A DNA stretch of 64,000 nucleotides from Hydrolagus affinis (Eukaryota): positions 1 through 64,000 of the forward strand of contig JAAILG010000353.1 in the NCBI GenBank assembly GCA_012026655.1, written 5' to 3'. Position 1 is the first letter of the stretch. The number at the start of each line of letters is the position of its first letter. The position numbers and the translations under genes are program-made. Under the pieces are notes generated by a model. The model saw only the letters and a program-made list of their open reading frames with translations, had not been told where the DNA came from and did not search any database. This document shows positions 25,319 through 38,127 of this stretch, in pieces.

Positions 25319-25699
25319 AGGTTTCTATGATAATCACTTCTGGGTGGGTGGGGTGGGGTGGGATGGGTTGGGGAGGGAGGTGAAGTGGTCAGCCCAAACA
25401 ATCCAATTGTCCGAGATCACGATACCACTAGTGGCACAGAACCCTGAATGTTTCACTCGCTCCAAAACCGTGAAGTTTCATTGCTTGCCTCGACTGAATC
25501 AGATTGGGTGCTTATTGGTCAGTCACTAGATGGCGCTTTGTGCTGAAACAGTGCCACCCCTTGGGGAAGAGGAAAGGGAAACTTAATGGACAAAGTGGTT
25601 GCCACGCTCACCTAATCGACTCCCGGTAGCAGATTGCGGAGTAACCTTGTGCACCCGGGTTCTAAATGTCTTTTCATTTCAACGGTTTCCCATTCATCG

Positions 25700-25935
25700 A
25701 TTAAACTCTCACTGCTATAGAGGGGATTGCTGGTCAGGACACCAGTAGATATTCCCTTCTCTTTTTCTAATAGAGCCATGGAATCATTAACAGACCCCGA
25801 ACAGGCAGATAGGACCTTGGTTTAACATCTCTTGATGACAACTCCTTCAATGCGTTTTTTTTCCCCCCGACGCTGCACTGGCTTGAACCCACGAGGTTGT
25901 GATTCAGAGACAAGACTGCTCCTGAGTGAGCGAGG
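25700..25935 (-). mobile_element. Old Deu-domain SINE
   Basis: ggtcaggacacc...gccatggaatc...gaacaggcagataggaccttggtttaacatctc...gctgcactggcttgaacccac is the reverse complement of the Deu domain and head. Confidence 0.72.
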
Positions 25936-28472
25936 CTGACGTGATCTCACTTCAGAAGTAAATAAACCCGATTTACACAGCCAGATTAGTGCTGTCGATA
26001 AAAATAATGCGAATCACGTCTATAGTAAATTGCTTCACTGAGAGACTTTCCACATCAGGATTCTATTGAAAGCAGCAGTTATTCAGTAGCTAGTCTATAA
26101 ATGTAACTTTGTTGTTGTTGTTGTAGTCCCAACAAAGTGGTGTGTGAGTGCCAAAATGACCATAGAATAAATATAGACATTTCAATGTGACTTTATCATC
26201 CCATTCTAAGCAGCAGAGCGGTCGTTGGTTTGATCATGTGTGTCTTGGCTGTTTCTTCAGGGACCATGGCTAGTTGAGGTCTCTCAACATTTGTAAAATA
26301 GAGGTTGCTAGGTAGGAAAATATTTATTGTTCCGCACATCGTCCTTGGTTTGTGTCTGAAAGGAATTCGAAGAAGTGAGCTTGTTTTGCACACATATAGA
26401 GGAGCAAAATAATGACTTAGGGATATCTCCTAGTAATTTTATACTCTCTGCAACACAGCCCATATAGTGTTCAAATTCTGTACAGTGTATATAGCAGATT
26501 AAATGTTCCACAATTGTCAAATCTGTGGTAAAATGTTGCATCTTAACCCCTTTGTCTCATTTTACTTACTATGCAACAAATGTAAAATAGAAATACATCT
26601 CTTGTCAAGATTACCCTCGACAGTAACAATTATTTTTCTCAGCGGTTGCAGCTCACAATAATACACGTCATATCCTTCAGACTCTTTGTCTGAGCTGGTG
26701 CTGAAGTCAGCATTTCTGTGATTATTTTTTCTCTCTTAAAAATAGGCTGGAAAATCAAATCTAAAGTTGTGAGACACAATATTAGATTTTTTCATTACTG
26801 GGAAAAATCCATTTGCACAACACTGGGTGTTGAGGACAAGCTGTGGACATATCATTGCACATTCAATGCTGATGAATGGTGGTAAAGGGTTGTTTTCAGT
26901 CAGCTGAGTCAAAAATAAAGGGAGATATTAAGTGAGGTTCCTCAGGAGTCTGTACTGGCATCCTCCCCTGTTTTGTGAGAGCAATAAAGAATGCCAAGGA
27001 AAAATTGCTCGGAAATTTTTCAGGGTTTCCACAAAAAGCACAACCCTGGGTGACCAGAGAAAAAACCTGTGGTTTATAAATAGAAGTTCGCACCATGTGA
27101 AAGGCTCTATATAAATGCAAATTGTATTGTGTATTGAAGGTAGCAAAGGGGAAGTAGATAATCTGAAAATTTACCAAGTTACGTGTATGGGAATTTATGG
27201 GAATTCATGTAGTGGGGGAACTTTCATGTAAATATTATTATCATTGCTCGGCTAAAGAACATGGTTATCATCAGCTTTTGGTCTCAGTGGGTTTAGAAAT
27301 TATATTAAGCTATCCCTCATGAACCTAATCAAATTATTCTGACACAAAATGACAAAACCAGCGTGTGAGATCTACTGTATACTGGAGTTAATTCACTTGC
27401 TTGTTGTTTCGAAAATGCATGCCGCATATTTAAAGAGGATGAAAGCTTGTTGAATAAGAGGCAAATTAGCTAGTTGGGATTGAAATCTGCTTCAGCAATA
27501 GGGACCAGAGGTGCTGACAAGTGATGACAGCTCCATCTGGAGAGTGGAAGCTAATGGAAGTCACATATGGAATATCGCAGTGGGAAATCGGGGAGATAGA
27601 AGCAATGCAGAAGGTTCAAAACCGAGAGACAATTTGAGTTTGAAGAACTTAGGGTCTTAAGAGCTCGAAGAGAGAGCGCGAGGGGAGAGGCTTTTTTGGG
27701 GAAAAAATGCTTCACATTCATAGTTTTCAAAATCAATCCAGATATGTCAACATACTCTTGTTACTGTACATCACTTTTCCATGAAAGCTGATAGTGATTG
27801 CAGAAAAAGAAAGGAAATCATTCATGTTGGAAAGCACCTGCAGACACTCTTTACTCCCAGTCACGTTATTCAAGCAATAACTTGCTAAATTTCATTTCCC
27901 ACAGACAAGCGTCAGTGTCTATAATCCTTAAACCCACATAACACGACAGTTCATTCTCCTGTCAGAACAAGGTCCTGATCTGAGTCAGAAATATTACCTG
28001 TAGTCAGTCTTTCCTATGTGTTAGGATGTACAGTATGGTATTATTACAGTGATATCCCTGCCTCCCTTTCATTTCTGACCTTCAGCACAGACCTGCTACT
28101 CTGTATGTCTCTGGACTGTCATTCACAAGCTGGCCAGCTGTAGGATTTTTGATACAACTGGGATTCAGTGCTGTTCAAGCATCTTGTTTCCTCTTCTACA
28201 GAATGAAGTAGTGGTCAAATACAAGGAGGTTAGGACTGACTCAGAATGCTCAAACAAACCAAAATGCTTCCATTAAATTGACAGGAGGGATTTTTCACAC
28301 GACTATTTGTGCTGTAGTATTCACCCAACTGCCCTGTGAGGAAGTTCCCCTTTACATGGTAACTGCCCGCAGTGACATGATTGAAATCAGGAACTCACTC
28401 CACACACAATGGAAAATTATGGGTGTTTAACCTCTACTTGCATCACAGCACAGTAATTCCCTGTTTCGCTCA

Positions 28473-28595
28473 AGGCTCAGTTTGGCAGCACTTTCATTCC
28501 TAGGTCAGAAGGTTGTGGGTTCAAGCTTTGAGCTGATAATTCACTGACGCTCGGGTTCTCGCTGCCTTTCGGATGAGACATTAAATCGAAGTCTA
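28473..28595 (+). mobile_element. Old Deu SINE head
   Basis: ggctcagtttggcagcact...gtcagaaggttgtgggttcaag...ctttcggatgagacattaaatcga. Confidence 0.72.
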
Positions 28596-29332
28596 CTTTT
28601 TTTGCACATCACGTCTGCCAAGTCCAACAGTCATTCCTGGGCGAGGAGAGAACTGAGCCAGAATGAAGCAATTCACAGTGGGATGCTCATTATAGTCGAA
28701 CACATGTGTGAGCCCATGTTGCCATCAGAGGCACGCTGCACGTTTATGGAGTGTCAACCTTTAGGGTAGCCGAGAGCACTTTTCTGCTTAAGTGTACTCA
28801 ATAACCACCCCCCACCCTCCCACCCCCTACCCCCCACCTTGTGATTTTTCCTCGGACCTCAGGAAAAAAATAGCTAAATATAGAACTTTTTGCTCTTCAA
28901 TCAATGCAGCTGCAACCTGCTTAATAACATTACACCTGGTAGATTAAAGTGTGCAAACCTCTCCCAGCAATTGAGTAGAATTAGGCAACGGTGGAGAGGC
29001 TGAACACGCTATCATCTTAATTACCATTGGCAGGGCAGTGCTCATAAAGGGCTTGCCAGTCAGATCTGCCTTCATTTCTGCTCAATAAAGTATTGCTTGT
29101 CAAAGCAAAAAATCACCTGCAGCATTTTCAATTGGCCTGTCGCCAGGGAAACTTCTTCTGGGCTGAAACATTTTCTCTGTGTCTGCTCTTTGTTGCCTCC
29201 CTTATTCCTTCCTCTCAATCTATAATATAACTCCATAGCCTGAAGCCATCCTCTGTGCACGCTCACACATACTTTCGCATACACTCTTATACTTTTCATT
29301 TGGCTCGCATTGTGTTATTGTCCCCTCCACCC

Positions 29333-29361
29333 CACACACACACACACACAGACACACACAC
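29333..29361. repeat. (CA)n microsatellite
   Basis: Read directly. Confidence 0.9.
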
Positions 29362-31547
29362 GCCAGCCATTAATTCCCTCCCTCAAACCCCAGCAGCCAT
29401 TGTTATTTATGGCATTCATTTGCTGTGACTAGAAAAGTGGAAAAATAGCAAACGCAGCTTATTTTTGCAGCAACACTTCCATTGTTATGTGCGGGGACAT
29501 AAGTGACATGCAAAGCATAGCAAACGTACGGTGAAAAATACACAACAAGGCAAATGTAGTTTGCACTGAATCCCTTTGAATATGTGTCTGTTCTGGCCTA
29601 AATTTCTCATTTGCATTCCTGATCACTGGTATCAAACTATACTTGCTGTGGACAAAGGTAAAAAGGGAGGAGTTTTTGCAAGGTTGCTCTGTTCTTAAAG
29701 AATTATAAAGAAATGCCCAAGATGTGCCTCAAAGTGCTAAATAAGGTTTTTTTTTAATGGAAATACGACAAGAATTTGGAGTGTGTTTGAAAGAGTAACT
29801 CTTAAGCAAAAGGATACTGCATCAAGAGGATGAAAAAAGTTGAAAAATAATAAATAGGTGCAGGTCTCCAAAGGTCTGAAAGTTTCCATGTTCTCAGCCT
29901 TAAATCCATTTACACAGGGCTTAATCTGGAAGCTGTTTTTCTTGTAAAGGAATATGGAAAAATGCAGCTTCCAAATTCAGAATCCAGTTTGAGAAATTTC
30001 CAAAGTTCATCAAGATCCTAAATGTTTTTTTAAAAAGTTTTCAGTCTAATGTCTCTTGTCATTCCACCTGTTAACCTCAGCTGGATTTCCAGTAGAATTA
30101 GTGAACACAGGATTTGCAGGCAGGTCTTTTGATCTGAGACCGAGATTGCCTTGGATGTTAGACAAATACTTCCAGGTGACTAATCTCCAATCCCCAAAGA
30201 CTGGAATTGTTCATTGTGGCATAAAATGAAAGAGTTTAAACACACACTGCAAGATCTTGGTCTGCTGTGTAAACATGCATCTCACATAGTCACAAAATAA
30301 CACTGTACTGTGACAATTGTTTGCTTTGGATACACTGTGCTGGGGACATATCAAAAAGCCAGCAAATATGAACTACATTAAATCCCTCGGTTTGCTCGAA
30401 AAAAAATCAATACGTTATTTAAAACACATGCAGCAGGCTAATTGCCCTTGGGAAAGAAAGTCTTCTATGAATTCCATTTGAGGAAAAAATGAGACAAATC
30501 ATTTAAGAGGGAAAGGAAAAGCCAAAACATTGCTTAGAATGATTTGCAGACATATGAATTTACACATGGCAGAAAGAAATGTAATCAATCCCAATTTTAC
30601 TGTTGGTTATACAGTCTAATATAATTTGTACTTTTTTCCCAAAGTGGCAATCCACTTTTGAAACTGAATCGGGTTGTATTACCATATTTCTCCATCACCA
30701 GCCTGCTTTTGTTTGCGTTTCAGAGTGAGTTCATATGAATTCTGAAGCGCACTTCATCCAAAACGAAAACCTTATTAGAACATTGTATAAATAGCCGGCG
30801 TTGCAAATGTTGCATATTTCTCCACCGAGTCACAGTTTACGTGACCAGTTCGGAGAATTATATTCGGCTTAAATTTTCACAGATTGGCAATAACTACTGA
30901 AGTGGTACTTTACTGTTTGCATGTTTTTCTAATACATGTGACAGCATTCCCTTGACATTTTTAAGATGTGAGGTCTTATATACTGTATATGACTGATGTG
31001 GAGGACTGAATTTGCTGTACGGTTTGTTCAACAGAAGGCAAACCACAGTTGAGTTACACTTCCGAGTAGAATGTCACAATCCGGTACTCATTAGCTGATG
31101 CTGAGACATTATCCAGCACACCAAAGTGCTTGAATGTACATTCCATTGTTAAGTGATACGTACTGTTAAAATACCGTATTAAAGGCATGAAAAACATCCA
31201 ACGTCAGCCTCAAAACTGCCAGGTTCCAAAAAAGCATAGGCTTTGCCTTTAGTAAGGCGGATTATCGTGCTGCTATGCCCGTTCCATTTGCCATTCCAGC
31301 TAAAATAGTGAATGATACAAAAAGTGTGAAGTTTGACAGATTGAAATCTAATCAATTTACTGTGTAAGGGGACCACCAGGCCCCAAGGGCAGTACAGGGA
31401 AGAGCAACACAGCTTATCTCCCAGTGTCACAGAGATGATAAATGATGAGAAATGAGAAGATAAGCTGGAGCTCTTGAAGCTCGAATAAAAAGAGATGTCT
31501 CAGAGGAGAACCTATGGAGGTATGTGAGATGCTTAATGGTTTATTGA

Positions 31548-31900
31548 GTTTCTCTGGCACCTCCCCACCTCTCCAACCTCCTCGTACCGCAATCCGCTCA
31601 ACATACCGGCCTCCTGCTCATCCCTCACACCCTCTGCCGCACCATCGGAGTTTGTGCTCTCAGCCACTACGCCCAGAAACTCCCCCTCGATCCCTCCCCC
31701 TTGCCTTCCTTCTCTCCCCTTTTTTAAACCCCACCTGAAAACCTTCCTCTTCTACCATGTTTACAGCCACCTGCCCTCCCCCCACAGGTAACAAATATTA
31801 TTATTGTTATTATTATTGCTATTCACCCCCCACCTCGGCTTGGAGTCAACCTCCGCCAGTGTTAAGTGCTCTGAGATGCCACTCTACATGGCGCCTTACA
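31548..31900 (+). mobile_element. L2 LINE 3' end (type A)
   Basis: Degenerate ORF2 C-terminus (..LSHYA..LPLFKPHLKTFLF) followed by the tail cctccgccagtgttaagtgctctgagatgcc. Confidence 0.8.
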
Positions 31901-32185
31901 TTTGACACAGCCAGGATTCGTTAATTTTTTTTATTTTAAATCTACAGTGAAAATGTTTTTTTCTCTAGATAGCAGGTTCCATTAATGCCCTTGAGAATCA
32001 AAATGAGCTGCCAAGTCTGGAGCTTTGTGAGTTATAATGTAAGAATTATTGTTCAACGAGTTGTTACGCCTAAAGGGCATTTGCATACAGTCTAATATAA
32101 TGGCTAAGCTGTTATATTCCGTATTTATTTTAAGAACTAGTAATCTTTTTCTAGCTCAATTTAGCCCAATGATAAATGCTAGAGT

Positions 32186-32222
<37 letters not shown>
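32186..32222. repeat. (CA)n microsatellite
   Basis: Read directly. Confidence 0.95.
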
Positions 32223-32224
<2 letters not shown>

Positions 32225-32424
32225 TCCTCAAACTAGCCATGATTCAATTTGGATCAAATCAGACTTATTTGAACTCCTTGGTCATACTCTATTCCTAAAG
32301 TAAAACTAACAGGTACTTTAACCTTTAATCTGTTATAATCTTCCTAATAAACTGGAGTGATCTGAAGTTTGAGAGTTATATTGAAATAACCCAAGAGTCT
32401 AATATGGAAGATGTTTCATTCAAA

Positions 32425-32674
32425 ATAATAATAATAATGATTGCAATCAATACAGCGCTTTTCACGTCTTCTAGACGTCTCAAAATGCTTCACAGAAACA
32501 TCCTGTAAAGTGAATTGACTGCATACTTGTGGGCGAAACCTGGCAGCCAATTGTGCACAGCGCTGTCCCACAAATAGTCGTGGATTGAAGTGACCAATTT
32601 ATTGTTGTTTTGTTTTGAGGGATTATTTATTATCAGGCATGTGGAGTGAAGAAACTTGCCCAGGGTTTCGCCCT
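32425..32674 (-). mobile_element. Young SINE lacking the tRNA head
   Basis: Tail, Deu part and gaaacttgcccagggtttcgccc box in reverse orientation. Confidence 0.9.
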
Positions 32675-33557
32675 TCATCTCAGATACCTGGGTGCAAATT
32701 CATACCAGATTTGTGGGATCAAGGTATTTGCTAACCAGTTTAGGGTGGCTTTCCTTCTATTGAGTGTTTTGGTCATGAACGCCACAACATATGGCGAAAT
32801 CTAAGCCAGAAAGTTGGGTTTCCTTTCCACCTAGCTCTCTTTTTCCCATTATTTCTATCTGTAGTAGCACACACTCCCATGCAATCTACCAGCAGATTTC
32901 TAAAGGAAGTATTCCATGAAATTAGTTTGGAGTATCTCAACTTGGAGTTTCTCTGTTGAGAAACTAAGTAATACTCTAAACTTGCGCTATTTATATTTAT
33001 ATAGTGCCTTTCATGTGAGGTAATGTCTCGGAGCTCTTATGTTACAATACCCTCAATACTACAAAATGTTGGATGTTGGGTACAAATGTGGAAAAATGTC
33101 TCTTCATGTAGATGAGCACAGATCATGACGCAAAAATATAAGTAAACATGTCAAGCACCAATTGCGTTACAGGTTAAATCATTAACCAATCTCATTGGGC
33201 TCGGATCAGTTTTATAACAGAACAAACATCGTAAAGTAAACTTTTGAGCCATAAATTGAAGTCGAGTCTGCAGAGTTCACAGGCAAGTAAGTCACAGGCT
33301 CACAACAAGTAGCCATGAAAGTGAACCAACACTTGCAAAGAGTACCAAGCAGCAAATGAACCGGAGAGGGTTAATTAACAGTGCCTCAGTTGTTAAGGAA
33401 TAATTCCTGAGCAATGAATAACAGCAACAAGAACAACTTACATTTATCCAAAGCCCTCCATGCGAGGCAACGTCCCAGAGCGTTTGACAGTGACCTCAAA
33501 AGGACAACAGTTAAACTCATTTTCAGCATCTTCCAGCAACACAAGATGGCAATTTGA

Positions 33558-33785
33558 GTTCAGATGAAGAAGGCCCTTCGGCTCACCTAATCTCATCTGT
33601 CCTGGACACACACACACACACACACGTGACTGTCCTCACATCATGACATCAAGCTGCTTTTAAATGAGTCCCACTGCGCTGGCCTCAACAACCCTTCCTG
33701 GCTACTCCAGTCATTAATTACTCTCAGAGTAAAGAAAAACTTCCTGATGTCTGTCTTGAAATTGGCCTTTGCACCTGTAACCACA
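33558..33785 (-). mobile_element. CR1 LINE 3' end (older family) with an internal (CA)n
   Basis: Translation FKTDIRKFFFTLRVINDW is typical of the CR1 ORF2 C-terminus. Tail gccgaagggccttcttcatctgaac. Confidence 0.8.
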
Positions 33786-36657
33786 CCGTATTGACTAATT
33801 CTAAACCTGAGGGAACACCGTGTTAAATGTATTATTTCCCCAAAACACTCTGCCTTCATTTCTATGGAATGATATCTGTGAACCATATGCCAATAACAGC
33901 ATTTTTCTCTTGTGTAGTTTCCCGGTTCACTTCTGTCTCAACCCTATTCTCAGCCGTACAGATGTGAAAGGTTGTTAAATATTCATTGATCTCTTGCACA
34001 TACTATTTAATTGTAATTGAGGATTTTAATTGGGGCATAACTGAAAGATTCTACCCTGGGTATAGAGCAAAATGCAAAACTGCGGATATAATTCGCTCCA
34101 AAATGCTAAACAAGGATGCAATTTAAAATCCGAAAGAAGCAAACCCAACAAAGCAGAAAACAGCTGGAATATATTAACTCTAGCGTTTTGTATCTGGATC
34201 AGTAAAATTGTAGGCCATCAATAATCGATTACAAATGTATACATTTTCCCACAGCCCTAATCTGCCTGTGTTTTTAATCTTCAGAATTTGAGAAGAGTTT
34301 GTTACATTTTCCGTTGATACTTTTTAGTCAATACTGTAAGGCCCCACCATACTGTGAGGCTTTCACTTACGAGACCTACAGTATTTGATTCTATTTGAAG
34401 CTGCATGTTACAACTCGGTTCGACCACCTTTTCGAAAACATCTCCATTCTGGACTTTTTCGGTTGCAATCCGACTGATAACAAATAATGGATTTCTGCAC
34501 TTGCTAATTCACTGGAGTATCTAAATCTGCTTCTGACAAGACTGGGCTTCATCGTTCACTTTGTTCAGCTGCTATCTGAATCCTTCAGGACAAGGAATGT
34601 TTCACAACCTGACAAGTTGTGTAGTTAAACTGCTCACTTTCCACCACTGTGAGAAATTATTTTTTTTTGCTATCTACTGTATTCAGGCCAACGACTCATC
34701 AAAATGTGTCGCTCAAGCTAAAAAAAAGCAAAGTTTGCTCAATTGAGTTCACTCAAAGCCTTTGCTCTCCCTGGCTGCACTTCTAACCCTATACTCTACT
34801 GTAATAAGATGTATTTGTTCATAAGTAGGATCTTACTTTACCTAAGTACAGTACTTAGGAAATGTAAGATCAACAAACAGAAGCCGATCTTGCTTCACAT
34901 ATATTGTAGACAGTGTCAATAAATGGGGGGAATTGGCCTATTAGTGATTAAATTGACTAATATTTCATTGCCAGTCAAAGGGAGGTCTTTGTTATAGTGA
35001 GTGGATGGATTAGTGGGAGAGGAGATCTTTCACTGCATTGGTGTCTATCTAACTGAAGATGGTTTTGATAGAATGCAAAGAAAATCTTTTTTCCTGCGCA
35101 GTTTGACTGTTTGGGGGTTTGCCTTCTCCCTTGCCACAAGTTACGCTAAAATTATATGGTACAAAATAGGCACAACGGTACAGATCATAGTCCAAAATGC
35201 ATTACACTGTCAACCAATGCAGAATACTTTGATGTTAGCTGGGGTTCACCACAGCTAAGAAACCTTAAAATGTCACCTCAGACACATCAGAGCAATTGTT
35301 ACTGTTTAGAGCAGCAGGAAAGAGTTTACAATACTGGTGATTTACTCGTTAGATAACTACCACAACCAGATTGCCAGCGCTCAGTGAGTAGAGTAGCAGC
35401 CTGCTTTCTCCTGGAACCCCATTGTCCTGTTTGTCACGAGCCAAATGGTCATCATATAAAGTCAATGAGGCAGCAAAAAAGGCAAAATATATAATGCCCT
35501 CTAGTGCACTATTATCTTATTCATATTGTCCATGACAACCTGTCTAACACTGTGTATGTGAATCAACCGTCCTCCCACAAAACCACACTGTCCAGGGTAT
35601 TCCCACCTTCTGTGTGCTCTTAGAAAGTCATTTCACTCAATTATCCTATTAAATATTGATATCCTTCACAGCTTGAAGCATATCTGCTTAAGAAACTGCG
35701 TTGCGTAAAATTTTAATTGGGATTAACTTTTGGGAAGAATGCTAGTCAAAATGGAAATTCATTTGCATTCAGGACAGAATATATAAAAGCAGAAATCAGT
35801 TACATCTGGTGACTATACAATCTGGAGGGCAATTGTTATTCGTCTGGAGGGCATAGTTAATTTAAATAGAAACAATCTGATTTAAGATTTGATTGGTCTT
35901 GCCATATTCTCCCTCTAATTCCTATTGACATATTTTCCCTTGATATCTATGTGCTTAGTAACACACATGATTAATTCAAATTCTTTGTGAATAAGATAAT
36001 GCGTCTCCTTACATTGTGCTGTTTCAATGCCCTTCCGAATTCGAAGGGTGGTGGTGGGGGACAGGGGTGGGGAATTGGAATACACATAGAAAATGAGATT
36101 ATTCTGATCGAAAAATAAAACTCCCTCGTAATTTTTTTCTGAGGTGGGCAGGGAATGGGGCTGTTGAGGGCCAGAGAAAAATATATAGAGAATAGAGGCA
36201 AGTCCTTGAACGCAACTGTGATCAAAGAAATTTCATTCGCATCTGCGCTGCTTAGTGCCTGTACAGCAAAGAGAAGACAAACTAAGAGCAGGTCACAGCT
36301 CATGATAGGAAGATAAAATGAGTTCTGGCAGTTTGGGCCTCATCCCCGGTGGACCAAAAGCACTCACAAAAAAATCCTGCTCTTAATGCTGTTGTGTTAG
36401 CTCAGATGGAGCCGAGCTAATAATATGGATATATACCTGTCTTAATAGCCGCAGCTGCTATTTTCCCCCAACCCAGCCAGAGCTCAGCTCAATTAACAGG
36501 CAAACAAATGAGCAAAATGAGAGTTTCGTCTTGAATTTCAATTTTTTTGGCAGTTACCGTTTCGCACGTATTCAACTTTTCTCACCGGAGACCGATTTTG
36601 TTCATCCCTCCCCAAAGCATCCCCAAGCCATCAGGCCATAAAGAGTGCAAATCCTTA

Positions 36658-36730
36658 ACTGTCCAGCGCCTTGGGACGTCCTTCCTATGTGAAAGGCACT
36701 ACGTATATCAATGTCATTTGTTGGTGGTGT
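36658..36730 (+). mobile_element. L2 type-B 3' tail
   Basis: cagcgccttgggacgtccttcctatgtgaaaggcactac. Confidence 0.7.
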
Positions 36731-37849
36731 GCTTCATGTGAACGTGTAGCTGCTTTACGTCTGTTTTGCACTTTCTTATTGTTCAGTTTTTCTTTGTTTC
36801 GCCACTCGGTGCGGGAAGATCACAATTCCTGGCTGAATTGTGGCAATTCCAATTAAATTTTAAATTTTAAATTTTCCAGCAACTGGCACAGTTGGCAACT
36901 GGTCTTGCTTGTAACTGTTTTTTTTAATAAACTAACTGGACTGAATTAGAAAACCAATCTACACAGGTGCTGATAAAGGTGAAACGTAGATTTTCATCTT
37001 CATTTTTATTCCTAGTATGAATGCAAATGCAACATAGAACAGTGGTAAACAGCAGTGAACTCCAGCCATTATTTCACAAGAGCAAGAGACTTTGATAATG
37101 CACATTTAATGTGTTACCTAACATAACAGCTTGCACCCAAAGAGGGGATCCACATTATTATCATGAACATGCCTCATTTATACCGTAGGCACACTTCAGT
37201 CGCAAGGAAGAGTGAATAGGAAGCGAGTTGAAATGTTTCCCACATGGTACCCTCATGATAACAGACGTACACACTCCAGCCTCCTGGAACTGTGAACAAT
37301 AGAACATATCCCTACTACTTATCCCAGCAAGACCCAATCACCAAAACAATTTAAGCTTGTTCTGACAGTTTACATGTTGAAAAGGTTGTTTCTTCCTGCG
37401 TGAACAAAAAAAATACTAGAATGGAGGTAAAATGTTTTTTCTTCTTGGCTTATGTGGTGATATCTTTCATACGCATGTGGTAGGAACCAAATATTAGGTC
37501 CCAAAGGGCAGGGCGCATTAAGCAAGCAAAGATTGCGTGCAGAATGTTCAAAATCTTTTTTCAATGTGAGCGCCAAGATCCAGCCATCTGTAAGATATTT
37601 ACAGCAAAACATAACATTGGCTATACTTTCTGTAAAGGCTTAGAAAAGCACAGCCAGCTGGGATGGTAACCTTTAAAAACTGTAGGCAAAATATTAAAAG
37701 CAATTGCACAATCACTGGTGACATTATGTCGGCAGTGCTTGTCGTCAGTGTATTTTCCTGATAGTGTACTTGAGTGGCATCTCATTCAAAGCGAGCCAAA
37801 ATGCCAGAAATGGACTGTTTGCTTATAAAATTAACCCTGAATTATTCAA

Positions 37850-37914
37850 AGCATCCAACGTAACAATAGTAAGAATTATATTCTATAATTCTTACTATTG
37901 TTACGTTGGATGCT
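37850..37914. repeat. Perfect 31-bp inverted repeat with a 3-nt spacer
   Basis: agcatccaacgtaacaatagtaagaattata-ttc-tataattcttactattgttacgttggatgct. Confidence 0.97.
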
Positions 37915-37984
37915 CTGTATGAAAATACCACTTATTATATATACACACAACAATAAACAACTGTTTAAACAATAAACTATTTAA

Positions 37985-38127
37985 ACAATAATAAATTGGT
38001 CAATTCAATCCATGACTGTTTGTAGGACACCTCTGTATGCAATTGGCTGCCGCGTTTTGTCCTCAAATACACAGTCAATTCACTTTAAAGAATATCCTGT
38101 GAAGTGCTTTGAGGCATCTTATTATTA
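37985..38127 (+). mobile_element. Truncated young SINE
   Basis: aaattggtcaattcaatccatgactgtttgtaggacac...caattggctgccgcg...gtgaagtgctttgagg. Confidence 0.88.
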
